A DNA stretch of 54,057 nucleotides from Klebsormidium nitens (lineage: Eukaryota; Plantae; Klebsormidiophyceae), in NCBI GenBank assembly GCA_000708835.1, contig DF237537.1, positions 1 through 54,057 of the forward strand. Direction: 5' to 3'. The position numbers and the translations under genes are program-made. Shown one piece after another: positions 24,601 to 36,327 of the stretch. Under the pieces are notes generated by a model. The model was not told the origin of the DNA. It saw only the letters and a program-made list of their open reading frames with translations, and made no database searches. Each line of letters begins with the position of its first letter. Within the stretch, counting starts at the first letter, position 1.

Positions 24601-25026
24601 GGTATGCAAGGGTGGTTTTATTGCTTTGCTGGCTCTCTCCTGCCTATTTGTACTTCTGTCGTAGAACGTTACCCACGTAACATTCGTCAGACCCTGCACT
24701 TTGAGCAAAGGACCAGAACCGGGCTTCAATGACAGCATCAGAGACTTATCATAAAGGGTGTCATCATCTGATCAGCGCAGAAGCAGAACTTTGGGAGCAA
24801 GAAACGCTGTACATCAATTGAAGCCCACCTGAATCGCTGCGCTCCATTTGACAAAGCACGCCGTCACATCGAAGCCTCCACTCACGGTTGTGAGCCCCGC
24901 TTGCACGAATCGGTGCAAGGGGGAGGCTTCAGGGGACGAGGAAAGCGGCACGGCAGCTGCCGCAGACGCAGTGGCCCTCACGGATGTTTTCCTTTTACGG
25001 AGGTCCATGGGTAATTGGTGGTGGCC
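15602..25026 (-). CDS. Atypical cytochrome P450, CYP74-clan-like, about 445 aa or more; exons 25026-24829, 23476-23291, 21758-21688, 21330-21201, 19705-19606, 19217-19150, 18186-17968, 16954-16746, 15770-15602. Start codon and a possible extra exon near 18640-18800 are unresolved.
   Basis: Phase-consistent GT-AG joins. K-helix YEAMRAHPPV; KDPSVHADALT|VDVTR (PERF equivalent); heme Cys in HVLNFASFGPENFGRQCPG; I-helix PILYIAAIPGP lacks the AGxDT acid-alcohol pair. Segments such as FGVTPD, GYDREKF and HVL...RQC recall plant allene oxide synthase. Confidence 0.82.
17690..17960 (-). repeat. Decayed donor-junction copies of the P450 I-helix exon
   Basis: The unit encoding ILxxAAIPGPATFIS...FK|GTGGGT is repeated, with echo exon end 17832 versus real 17968. 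A more decayed copy lies at about 17700-17770. Confidence 0.8.
20385..21130 (-). repeat. About eight decayed ~100-bp copies of the P450 exon end plus donor (GAGGGGCAAGGATGAG|GTGAGA)
   Basis: Echo exon ends at 21110, ~20999, 20888, 20788, 20690, 20590, ~20490 and 20392, versus real 21201. Confidence 0.9.
22399..23178. mobile_element. Non-autonomous CACTA/CMC-like DNA transposon, 780 bp, inside a P450 intron
   Basis: TIR CACAGGG(A/G)GGATTGGTC; 3-bp target duplication GCC at 22396-22398 and 23179-23181; dense subterminal palindromic CAACCTAGGTT-like repeats at both ends. Confidence 0.8.
22695..22785 (+). other. tRNA-derived (SINE-head or pseudo-tRNA) segment inside the CACTA-like element
   Basis: A-box-like TAGAGTGGTAGAG, T-arm-like GAGGG-CTCGAAC-CCCTC (5-bp stem, 7-nt loop) and a downstream TTTTT. 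The acceptor and anticodon stems are degenerate. Confidence 0.55.
23630..24080 (-). repeat. Decayed acceptor-junction copies of P450 exon 23476-23291
   Basis: CAG|ATxTxCCTxxTGAAGCACC... (encoding IFLLKHPNF-like peptide) recurs with echo starts at 23677 and 23942, plus a weak remnant near 24050. Confidence 0.75.
24515..24590 (+). repeat. G-rich, telomere-like (GGGTTT)n low-complexity tract
   Basis: Five runs of 3 or more G, separated by short mostly T-rich loops. Confidence 0.6.
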
Positions 25027-26041
25027 CTGCAAGAATGTATTTTTAAAATCTGGGTTCGCATGGTTTTGAGATTTAACACGGGATCCTAACGTCCTGGTCA
25101 GACTGCTCTTGTTGCCAGAAATGCAGATTAGGTGGCGGACCGATCCATCATGGAGCTATCTTGTCCTCTAGCTATCTAGGCCCAGATCATGCGTCCAATT
25201 GACCGTAGGCCAGACTTTTCATTCGCCAAGCTGAGATCCATTGGACAGCAAGAATGTGGATCAGACTCGTTGAACCTGACCAATGCATGAGAAAATCGTC
25301 CTGTGATCATTTGCCCCTGACAAAATGCTGCCAATCTTTCCCAGAAGTGCCTCAGATCTCAATCCTGAGCAAGCACCAGTCAAGGACTTGATGTGATGAG
25401 CTTCTTCAATTCCAGAGGACATGGTAGGAATTGGCCCCTCACCAGCTTGAACAGAGTCTCAGCGTTCCCAGCTCTGCGCTTGAGCACACCTCCGTGCTCC
25501 AGAGAAATGTTTCTTCTTGGATCAGCCACTCCCCTCTGCAATGCAAGCCCTGGCTTGGGGGCCTTTTCTGAGCAAGGGTGAGCTGAGCAGAGCGCCTGAG
25601 AGCGAGCTCTAGCAACGGCCTTCATGGTGTTCCCCTGCACACGTGAACCATGCAGAACGTCTTGATCTGCGGGGACAAGAAACTTCACAAGCTAGCCCGC
25701 CGCCCGGGCATCAAAGCCTTGCTTCGACGTGCATTATGCATCTCTTCAAGTGGTCTTCTCGCATGTGAGGCTCCTGTCCGTCGATGACGAGCGGAGATCA
25801 TCTGACGCCGCCGACGCCGCCGGTGACGGCATTGAAACAGAACCTTAATTTTCAAGAAGTCCTTTAAACCGTCAGATGAAGTCAGACAAATTATCGACGG
25901 GAAAAGGCGCGATGGCGAAATCCGATCGATCTCAGCCAGTCCGACGGCGCGCGCGGCGATTGGCCGTTGAGACGGTGGCCGGAGAATGCGTTGAAGCAGT
26001 TTCCCACCGTCGGACTTTAAGTTTCGGTATTTCTCGATCTA

Positions 26042-26188
26042 GTGAACAGCAAGCCCAGTGAACAGTAAGCGTTTTGGGGTTACAAAAACCCTAACCAAAT
26101 GAAACACCCGCTCCGCACCCGTACCCACCCTAACCCCCTAACTAACCCTACCCGTCTCCGTTACTGTTCACTGGCTGTTACTGTTCAC
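26042..26188. mobile_element. MITE-like element, 147 bp, TA-flanked, with telomere-like (AAACCCTAA) interior, between two divergent genes
   Basis: TIR GTGAACAG(C/T)AA..CCAGTGAACAGTAA with a duplicated GTGAACAG core; TA at 26040-26041 and 26189-26190. The interior is similar to 36228-36300 in reverse orientation. Confidence 0.7.
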
Positions 26189-27419
26189 TACCGGTACATC
26201 GATCGGAATGGACTTTCGTCCCGCCGGCAGCCCCCCGGTTCTGTCGGCTCGGTACCGATAATCCGGTACGTACCGGTTCTCGGTACCAGCCTGAGGTAGT
26301 CGGCATTTGGCTCCACCATTCACGTACCGGCCTGCATTTTTTGCCGGCCAGCCAGCCGGGGCCCGGGGGGTGCCATGCATCGGCACCGGCCGGGGTCCCT
26401 TCTCGGACTCGTTCTCGGCCAGGTTCTCTTGCCGGCTGTGCAGTGTGGGAATTTAGAAACCCTGGAGCTTTGAAGCGCAGATTGCTGTACGGTACTCAGA
26501 CTGCAGCGCTAGACAGGCTTCCTTTCGCTCTTCCTGTTTTACTACTTTTAGTGCCAGAAGCTGTAGCCAGTGTATGAAGTGTAGGACAGAGTGCTCATGA
26601 AAGCAAACTTCAGAGGTTGAAAGGTGGAGAGTTCTGAGGAGGCGCGTTTTGAGGTGGCTGCAGATTGATCGGTTTGCAGCTAGGAGGGACCCAGATTGCA
26701 GGATCATTGCATGCCAGGTAAGCAGACCAGCTTACACATAATGAACATAAATTGCCTCTTGATTTTATGGTTTTGCCTTCCCTTCTCTACATTTGAGGGC
26801 TGGTTTCTGTTCCTCAGTTTCTTGATTAGCATTTGGAACGCATTTGTTGATTTGTGGACGTCAATAGAAACATTCAGGCTCCAGGTACTTGAAGCTCAGA
26901 GAATCTTTCTGTTGGCCTGTCCCTCACCTTTTCCCCAGCTCAGAGTATGTACAAGCTGCTTTAATCAAGACACTGTCACAAAACGGTTTTGGGGGCTGCG
27001 ACTTCTGGGTCAATATGGGAGGGACAGAGACACATGCCTTGACACCTGTTTGTGCTTGCTGGCCTAACCAAATAGGGCCTCAATTCATCGATAGACGTGT
27101 GTATTGCTTCCAGCTGGCTGGAGTCAATCTAACAATCCAGCCTCGCCTTGAACCCCCGGCTGCACGATAGATCAGTCTGTGTCAGTCAACATTTCACACG
27201 CCGCAGCCAGAATTCCTGGTTGACCCCAAGCTGTTGGAACGCAACACATGCATGTAGTGGCCTCAAGTCTCTTACATGCTGATATGCAATCTCTACCATC
27301 GGTCCAGACATTGGTTTAGAAACAACCTGTTCAGGCTATGTATGACTCTGAGTGAGAGTCCCTGATCAGGTTCAGTTCCTTGATATGTGCAGAGTGGAGC
27401 AAAGCCGCACAAGTCAAAG

Positions 27420-30400
27420 ATGGCGCTGACTATCATCGGCCGCTGCCTGAGCTGGGTGGGTAGGCGAGTCGCAGCTTGCCCCGTTGGACTTACATTCTTT
27501 GACAGAGCCCATGACTGCGGGCTTGAAGGGGTTGGAAGCAGTATTGACAGGTTCAGGCAATTGGGCAAAGGCGACCCATTGGGATCAGGGCAAATTCCAG
27601 CCTGTACGAGCATCCTGCTGCCTGCATGCGCAGTCTCTGCTCATGTGCATCTGCACACATTCGCCTCTGCTGCAGTAGAGCATGGAGTACGAGACGCCAA
27701 TGGATCTGCAGGGCAAAGGCTCGGCCAACCTATAAGGTGGGAGGTCAGAAAAGGGGCACTAGCTGATCGTGAGTTACGGAAGCCAAAAGAAAGTGGCTTT
27801 TTTTGGGCGGGTGTTACGGAGGAATTCTACCTGCAAGTCAAGGGTTGGCCAGTTGATGTGGATCTCAGTGACAAACTAAAGGATGGGCGGATAGCAGGCA
27901 TGCCAATTGATGCAAAGCTTGTCCAGGCGGTTCTCAATCTGGTTGCAAGTGGTGGAGTAAATTCTTCGTTTGTTTACACCCATTTAGCAGAGGAGGCAGA
28001 AGGGGCAGTGGGGATTGCCACCGGTTTATTCACACCCAAGCCACGTATTTTCGAGCTTCTAGAGTGCAGCTCTGAAGATGCAAAGCGGGCCCTGAACCTT
28101 TTTGATTGGTGGCAGGGCAAACACCCTAAGACGCCGCAGCTCTTGTTGCTGAGACCGCTTGTTAGGGCGCTCCAAAGGGGGGGCCTGCACAATGAGCTGG
28201 AAGCAGTTTGGAAGACCTACAAGGTGCCAGCAACACAAGACAATTTCTTTGTTCTAGATATGTGCTCGGCCTTTTTAAGACTCGGAATGTATGACACCGT
28301 CCTTGCGGTGCATCTGGAGGCAATCCAGAACCAATCAATGCTTGTTGGAGAGTGAATGACATCTTAGTGCGAGCAATGTGCGCAAAGCACGCTTCTGCAG
28401 AGGAAATCTGGGCATTTTACAAAGGTATGGTGGAAGTCACGGGGTGGGGGCTGTACAGCACTGGTTATGTGGCACTCCTTGAAGCAGGAATTACTGTGGC
28501 ACAGATTGGAAGCCTGGTCTACAAGCACCCCAGTCATATACTACACCGCCTGGTCTCCGCACTCACATTTCTTGCAAGGAAAGACGAGGTTGGAGTTATT
28601 GCTAGTGAGCTTATCCAAGTTGACCAACCCATCTTTGATAACAACAGCGTTGTGCTAACCCTTGCGTCTTTGATAGAGGCCGGTTTTGAGACAGAGGCAC
28701 AGAGACTCGCAGACCTCCAGTTTGAAAAGCATGGCGTAAGGCTGGATGTGGCGCTTGAATCTAAGATAAGTCAGAAGCATACGGACTGTCTGGGTGGAGT
28801 CAAGTCGTACGAGTTGCTGTTAAAGTTAGAGGGGCCGCACCGAGCGAGCCTTCCCGTACAAGCGGCACTCATCTTGCATTGCTACTTTCCGATCAAGCAG
28901 ACGGACAAAATGTGGGAGGTGAGCACTCATCTAAGTTGGGCTCTTCTCCCCGCTATTTGTCATTTTCCTTGCCTTTATGTTGCTCCCTCAAGGCTTAAAA
29001 TGCTAGAAGCATACTTCATGACAAGGGAATGTCAGAGGTGACATTCTGCTGGCTTCACGGGACTTCTGAATGTGCATTTGTGAACAGTGGCCTTTTTTCA
29101 CGTGTCCTGCTCTAGCCTTTAATACAGAGGGACTCCCTTTGCTCATTTGACGTCGTCTCAAAAGATATTATACCAACAGCTAGATGCAATGCAAAATTCC
29201 AATCGAGTGATCAAGTAACTAGACATTAGGAGAGCAGGCCGTCAGAGGTGCTATAGCTTGGTTGATAGCTCAGTACATAACCCCTCCCAAACTATCTATT
29301 TACATAAACGGGCTTCTTCTTGCAAAGTTCTGGCCAACCACCTGCATTCTGAAACCTCGTTGAAAAGGCGTCAACCAAATAATTTTCAGCCCGGCCTACA
29401 GTCGTATAATATATCTTTGATGGGCAATGAAGAAAGTGCTTCAAAGCGTTCCGGCTTGAACAGACCTCTTGTCAAAAACCCTTGTTTGACATGACTCCAT
29501 CAAAGCTCACAGGACTTCACCCTACACAAAACGGGTGAACGGCCACGTCAGATGTAGCGCTTCTACGCTTTACATCGCTTGACACCCTTTTTCGAGGTCT
29601 GCGCAGGCATACCAGCTTGGCAAGGGGTTCGACGGCAACTTTGACACCACCGTGATGCGGTACATGTTGTATGAGCTGACGGCGGCCGATCGAATTGCGA
29701 ACGCCGAAGAGGTGCTCGAGGACTATTACAGGATCCGCCGCGACAGCCGGAATAGGCTTGAAGAACTTGGGGACGGCGTCTTTACGAGGTGGGCGTCTAA
29801 TGGGTTGCCAAGTGTCGGTTCATATTAGGATTTGACCACCTTTCCGGTTGTGTGCTTGCTATTCTCCTGTCTCTCCCCTTTCTTTTCGTTTGAAAATGTA
29901 GTCTTTGTCTCTCAAAGCTGTGAGCTTTGCTGCCCTAATTCTGGTCAAGCCAACTCTTTATCCCATTGTATCGCCTTCGCATGTCTTTGCGGCTTTGCTT
30001 CTGCCTTCTTTGCTTTCTTCTTGCCCGATTTTGGCCATTTTCGTGGTGCTCTCTCCAAGACTTGTCTGCTTTCACCTTGTCTGCTGCCAGGATTCCTCTT
30101 TAGCCTCCACATTGACCCCAATGTACTCAACGAGCCGCTTAGAATCCCCCTCTGCTCGACCTCCTTCGAGGTCCCGCAATTTTGAGCGGGGAACTATAAC
30201 ATCAGGCAAAAGCAAGTCGAACGTCTCTGTGTTGGTGATTCAGCCCAAACAATTCTTAAGCACAAGGTTACTCCACCAAGGTAAAAGTTGTCCTCAATTC
30301 AGCAAAACGGAATCCCAACCTTGAAACTTTTGAAACTTTTCAATTGATGGATGCACGAGGCTAAGATTGGATCTTATCAACTTGGACGTTGCGCTCAGGT

Positions 30401-30691
30401 CTGATAAGCGTCTTTCCTATATGAATCAGCCTTTTTGAAATGTACATGAGGGATGGGCGGCCGCAGAAGGTAGTTGACATGGTTCGGCAGACCGTCGAAG
30501 AGGGGTACCGGATCAAGCGCTCAGTGGTAAACTTTTGGGGCATGAGCGTCAGAAAAGCGGGGTTTAGAAATGAGGCGAAGCAGATTGACATTGCAATTGG
30601 TGAACGGAAAGGGCGGAGGCGGCTGCAACCGTGGAAAAAGCAGGAAGCTAGGGCACTCGGGGCAGCGATGCGGGGTCGGGAATCAAGTTGA
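27420..30691 (+). pseudogene. Second PPR-like paralog with a 1-nt deletion frameshift near 28350; exons 27420-28918, 29607-29788, 30430-30691
   Basis: Clear similarity to 9512-12299 (KGWPVDVDL, EGPHRxSxxVQAALI, DKMWE|AYQLGK, LFEMY) with the same intron sites. Frame 1 stops at TGA 28353-28355 while homology continues in the ORF starting at 28352. Could also be an assembly error. Confidence 0.7.
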
Positions 30692-33600
30692 CCCGGTTGG
30701 CAATGCTTTTCACTGTCACCTTGCTTTGTAGTAAGTTCGTATAGATGGATCGAAAATCGTGTGTACTATAATGTATTCCCGCCACTGCTGGCCGCTCGAC
30801 TGGCAGACTCGTTTATTTGGCAAGGCAGCGATCGGAACAAGAATTTGGTAATGATCGGAACGTGATATTAGGTTTATGAGCAACATACTATGCACTGCCT
30901 ATCGTTAAGAGAGGCGGCCCCAATTACCGGTTGTTGTGTGTTGGATTCCTTCGCGAAAGTTGCTCACGAGATGACACCGACCATGACGCATATGCGCTCA
31001 CGCGCGCGCCCGGCGCTCCATTGGTATTTCGAGTTCAGGTCGGCATACCGAAAGACATTTCAACTTAATGCTTGCAATGCCATTGTTTTAGCTGAAGCCT
31101 ATATCATTAGAAGGCGGCCTCTTTCAATGCCAACTTGCATGATCATGAGATGTTCATGATTCAATTTAACTTACATTGCACTGCATACTACCGTATACGA
31201 TTGCCCGAATGGACCGTCAATCATTTCCAGGCAAAACTGTCATGATCATGTAATCCGGGCCGTCAAATCCGTCAATCCGGGCAAAACTAGTAGGTCGAAC
31301 TCAATGAAAGCATGATTCAATTGAGTTTTGTAATTTACTAAGGCGGCCGGGCCGGCCGCGCGGCGCTATTATTAACCACTATGCACACGGCGGGCTGGCA
31401 TATGCGGCTCCGCCCCGGCCTAGCCTCGATCAGAGGGGCCATCATTCAATATCCAAACGAACAATGATTCAGCTAAAAATAATGAAAACAAATATTCAAT
31501 ATCATCTTCTTGCCTAGGCTATTGAATTGTTGTTGTTGTATCGATAGAACATGATTCAAATGCTTGCTACGTACTGCCGGCACGGTTGCGATGTTGTGAC
31601 ACGGTGGTTGTTCGGCGATAACAATGATAGAATGTATGCTATGCTGCATGGAGATACTCAATGCCTGATCTGCGCGGCATGCCCAATCTGCACAATGTAT
31701 ATATCCGGCCGTCTCAAAAATTCTTACTGCGATCCAAGCGCTGGCCAGCTATAAGCATGCACGGTCACCCATTTCAAGGTTTGAAAGTACAATCTTTGCA
31801 TACAGTCTGATTGGTCCGACGCAACAAATTGGACAAACTCACCTGATAATGAAATGCACGTATGCAACTTTTCAACTTTACAACTTCAGGACGTGAAGTC
31901 ATGCGCCGCGAACATGCTTGTTACCGATCGTACAGACGCGCCCAGCCGTTGTGCACTCATGGGCCGGGCTCTACGAGGGCTCTACTAAGGACATCTCCTC
32001 TGGATCATAAATAAGCCTCCTTAACTTGAAGTTACAGGTTGCCAAGTTGAGCGGCCGTTCGATTTGTGGTTTTTATCAACAAGCTTATATAAGCCTGCTG
32101 CTCTTGATTTAATCAATGAATGTATTAATATGTACTCAGCCTTGCGGTCATTCGTGACTACTGTAGGACCTTCACGCGCGCGTTGACTCTAAACCGTGAC
32201 GGCCCACATAAGGACTTTACATCAATCATTACTACTCCATGTGTTGCCTTGCCGGATCGGTATTTTCGTGCTCTTGCCGCCGGACCGTGAAGCGCGCCTT
32301 GAGCGGCGTGCGAAGCGACACTTGCAGCCCCCAGTCCCGCTCCGTCATGTCGATGTCTTCGCCGTCGATCAGCTCGAAGTCAAACGCTGTGAAGACGAAT
32401 TTCGATGTGCTGGATCATATTGACGCGCAGTCGAAGCAGCGTATAAATTCGAGCGCTAAGGGAGGTTCTGGCCTTATAGTATGAGTTTCAACGGTACACG
32501 GGACAATGAGAAGCTAGCTGTAACAGCCCTTTTCCTTTGGAAAGTTCTTTGCGGAGGGGAGTCGAGATTCGTCTCCACGTGGCCTGGTAAATCTATTGAG
32601 CGTGCTTGATTCTCGAGACAAAGTCGATAGCCTAATGTTAACTCGGCGCGCTGGCATAATAAGCTCACGGATCTTTTTCAAAGGCAACACTACCAGTATA
32701 CGAGTATGTCAAGGAGGAGAAGCACTTCTGCCACATCCAAGTGGCCGACGATTCTAAAAACAAAGAGCGCAGACCCACAAGATACGGCGAAGCAAGGAAG
32801 TGGAAGGAACGGGGCGATTTCAGTGGTACCACGATCAGAACCGAATCACCTGAAAGTGCACAAAAGTGAGTCCAAAGCGCCAGCAGAGAAACAGCCCCGA
32901 GAGTTACAAGATTCATTACATAGAGGGAGTCTCGATTCTAAAGGATCGTGTTCAGGAGGAAAGTTGGGACCCAAAAGCGCGACAAGAATCAGGGAAAGTT
33001 GGTTTGAGTACGGCGCTCTCACTCTGGGCGATCCGAGCCACCGCTAGTTGCACCACCGTCAAGCCTTGAAGGATGCCGGGGCAGCCTCGTCGACCTGCAA
33101 CACAAGACCGCTCGTTTTAGGCTTCTGCATTTGAGAGAACGAAGCATTTCTTGATGTTGACGGGGCCGTCGGAATACAGACTTGCTTCGTTGTGATATGC
33201 GGCTGTTGGAGAACGGATATCCTCTTTGACGCCGCTGCGCAATAAGCAGGTTTCTGGGTGCGGTGAGAAACCGTGTGGTAAAAAAAGCAGCCAGTTGAGA
33301 ACCGCTCGAATGGTCCTAGGTCTCGTTGAGTCGGAGATAGAAAGTACCTCAAGCGCGGTCTCAAATCGGGGAGCCCTTTTCTGCCAGTTCTCTTTTCGTT
33401 GTTAGATGATGATGGCTTCAGAATAAGAGAAAGCCAGCGGGCGCGCCTGGTTTCAGGATTTCACGGGCCGCGTTGGAGAATAAGAGCTGCTCTCGGCCAC
33501 CGACATGCGCGAAAGCCACATTTTCTGCAGCTCTCTACAATACAGAATCTAGACTCTCCCTTTCTGAGTCGATCGATCGAGCACTTCACGAATCGGAAGA

Positions 33601-34059
33601 GGTCCCGTGTTCAAACAGGACGGATGTACAAGTTCGACCCTGAGTTCATTCACAGCGCCTCCTTGCCCCTAATCGGTAGCAAACTTACTCCAAGTCGCTC
33701 ATCCAAATGTCAACTCAGCCTTTCATTCGTATGTACGTTCGTAAGAACCCAGATCTTTATGCAGAGCAGAATGATAAGCCGCTCTGCGGATGCGAGTCTC
33801 ACCCGCGCCAAAGGGCGCCACCCGGATGTCCTTCCCGGTTATGTCGATGTCCTCGGTTAGGAAGCGCTCCGGCAGAAACTCTTCCGCCCGTTCGAAGACG
33901 GTCGAGTCTCGAGACAGGCCCCGGGTATGCGCCACAATCTGCAAACGTACGCAAAGTTTTTGTCGATCTGCTGACTTGTTTTTCATTATACGAACGTGAA
34001 TGAGTCAGTTCAACCTTCCCACCAGTAAGCGCTCGCTCGGGCGGGAAACTGCTGCGCCT

Positions 34060-34490
34060 GAGAAAAGACGGCCGGATATCGAGGCAGGCCCCAAGTATGG
34101 GCCACAATCTGCACACGTATGCAGGCTCTTTTATCGGATCAGCTTACTCGTTCATTGATGGGTTTGATACGAATGAGTCGCCTTCATCTTAGAAAGGGCT
34201 CGGCAGGAACTCGTCCTTCGGGAATAAGGTCGGGTATCGAGGCAGGCCCCGGGTAGGCGCTCCAATCTGCACACCGCGTATATATGTCTTCGCAGACTTT
34301 AATCTTTTACAAGTTTCCGCGCTATACTCAAGCGGCTGGGGAGCGTTCGCTTTGCTGAGTCCAGACGGTAACTCGCTCCGATGGTTCCGGGGAAATCGAC
34401 GCGTAGAGAAAGAAGGACGGACTTCCAGATAAAGCCCAAGTAAGTGCCACGATTTGCATACGGTCTGTATACGTCGGTCTGCATACACTT
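34060..34490 (-). repeat. Three decayed acceptor echoes of the PERF exon
   Basis: + strand GCCCCxxGTAxGxGCCACAATCTGCA recurs; echo starts 34108, 34266 and 34453 versus real 33938. Confidence 0.85.
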
Positions 34491-35369
34491 TGCTGATCTG
34501 TCAACTGGTTTTATGCTAGGGGATTGGATGTCGAGCGTTTGATTGCAGATTTCACGTCAAGAGAAACAAGAACGCAAGGTGGGAGCATCTTATAAGGTTC
34601 CCGCACGAAGGGCCTGACTCAAGTGAAATTTCTAGCTGCCAAAAGCTACTTCGCCCATGTTATCGAACCTGCTCTGAGCGCCGAAAGCAAATCAATCGGA
34701 GCGAGTGAGCACTTTGGCACGGGTTCTCCTGCGCCTCATGCGTACTAGAACAGCTCATATGAGAACAAAGTTTCACAGTTGCAGACTCTTGCATGAAATC
34801 TGTCATGCCTTAATGTCCAAGAGAAATAACCCACCAGAGTCTGCGCCGGGATCCTGTAACCCGATATGGTCGTCTCGCGGTCGTTCATGTGGGGCCCCAA
34901 AAATGGGCCGATGCTCCGGTAGCGGAAGTGCTCCTTGATCACTGCGCGAAGCATCGAGCGGCTTGTATAAGCTTCTCAAAGTGGAAAGCAGCTTCTTAGC
35001 AAATATTGCAACCACCATTCAATCATAACAATACCTCTTTTGATAGTTCTGTGTGAAGCTCGAAAGGAAGAACGGGTTCCAGGGGAGGACGTTCTGAAAT
35101 CCCCTTCTTTCCATATTGAAACGGCTTCGTGCTCACCCGCCGCGCGTCTTATGGTCGGCTGTACCTCTCCTTAGTACTCTCAAGGAGTAGAGCAGCTTCC
35201 CCGGGTCGTCTCCACGCACCGCTTCCCCCTCATAAGACGGTTCAGATCTTACTTTTGCACCAGCTGGATGTGACGACGGCAGCGTTCCCCTCATAATCTC
35301 ACAGCGCCCTTTTCGCTTCAACATCGAACACTGTCATCGAGCCACTTCAGAGATCGTGTCAAACTTGAC

Positions 35370-35935
35370 CTGCCGAAAAGAACGTCAGATTATCCAGGAC
35401 CTCCTTTTGCACCGGGACGCCGCGGCCAAACGCTGCACCCGCCTTAGAATCCAAACCATCCTTTTCCAAAAGACACCAAGACTATTACAAAAAATTCCAG
35501 AGCACTGTGTCAAAACTTACCTGCCGCAAAGTGCGGCAGATCCTCCAGCTCGTTTACGCGCACCGGGCGGCCGCGGTGAACGTCCGCGCCCCCTGAAACC
35601 GCCCTTCTCGATTGACACCAAGGACCATCCAGAGCCATCCTAGAACATTGCGTCAGATTCATACTTGCCAGCAAGTACGGCAGGTCCTGCAGGTCTTCTT
35701 CCCCCACCGGCCAGCCGCGGCCAAGCGCCGTGCCTCTCTTCAAATCCAATCCGCCCTTGAAAAAAACAGACACCAAAGAATATTCTAGAGCCCTTATGAA
35801 GCGCTGTGTTAAATCTTACCCGCCAGCAAAGACTGCAAACTCTCTAGATCTTCCTCTTGCACCGGCCGATCGCGCCCGACGACTGCGTCGATCTGCGCTT
35901 GCACTCGCCGCCGCATTGCGGGGCGCCGCGTGAGC
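35370..35935 (-). repeat. Four decayed donor echoes of the I/J-helix exon
   Basis: Echo exon ends 35820, 35665, 35521 and 35370 versus real 36005. All retain GT; several still read GRGxPVxExDLxDLPY. Confidence 0.9.
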
Positions 35936-36210
35936 TCGCGAGCTTTGATCGACACCAAATAGGACAGCAAATTAACCGTCCAAAGATCATAGTGTCAAAC
36001 TCACCTGCCAAGAAGTACGGCAGATTCTGCAGGTCGTCTTCGCCCACCGGCCGGCCGCGCCCTACTACCGCGTCAATTTCTTCTTGCACTCGCCGCCGCA
36101 TCGCGGGGCGCCGCGTGAGCTCCGCGAGCGTCCATTCGATGGAGACGCCGCTCGTGTCCACCGCCGCATACAATGTAAGACTTCGATTTTGGTAAAGTAA
36201 GTTTCAGGTG

Positions 36211-36327
36211 TAGTAACCTAACCAGCCTGGGACGGGTGGGGTTAGTTTGGGGATATAGGGTGGGTACGGGTGTGGAGCGGGAATTTTTGAGGGTTAGGTA
36301 TTTTAGTGTTAGGGTAGGAGCTCACTA
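36211..36327. repeat. Dispersed repeat related to the element at 26042-26188 (opposite orientation, eroded ends)
   Basis: The reverse complement contains CCCGCTCCACACCCGTACCCACCCTA...AACTAACCC...CCCGTC, matching 26105-26157. Confidence 0.65.

Noticed and set aside
28352-28367. 16-nt GT...AG mini-intron rescuing the PPR-like frameshift
   Set aside because: Removing it does not restore the homologous frame (2+2 leftover bases), and it is far below spliceable size.
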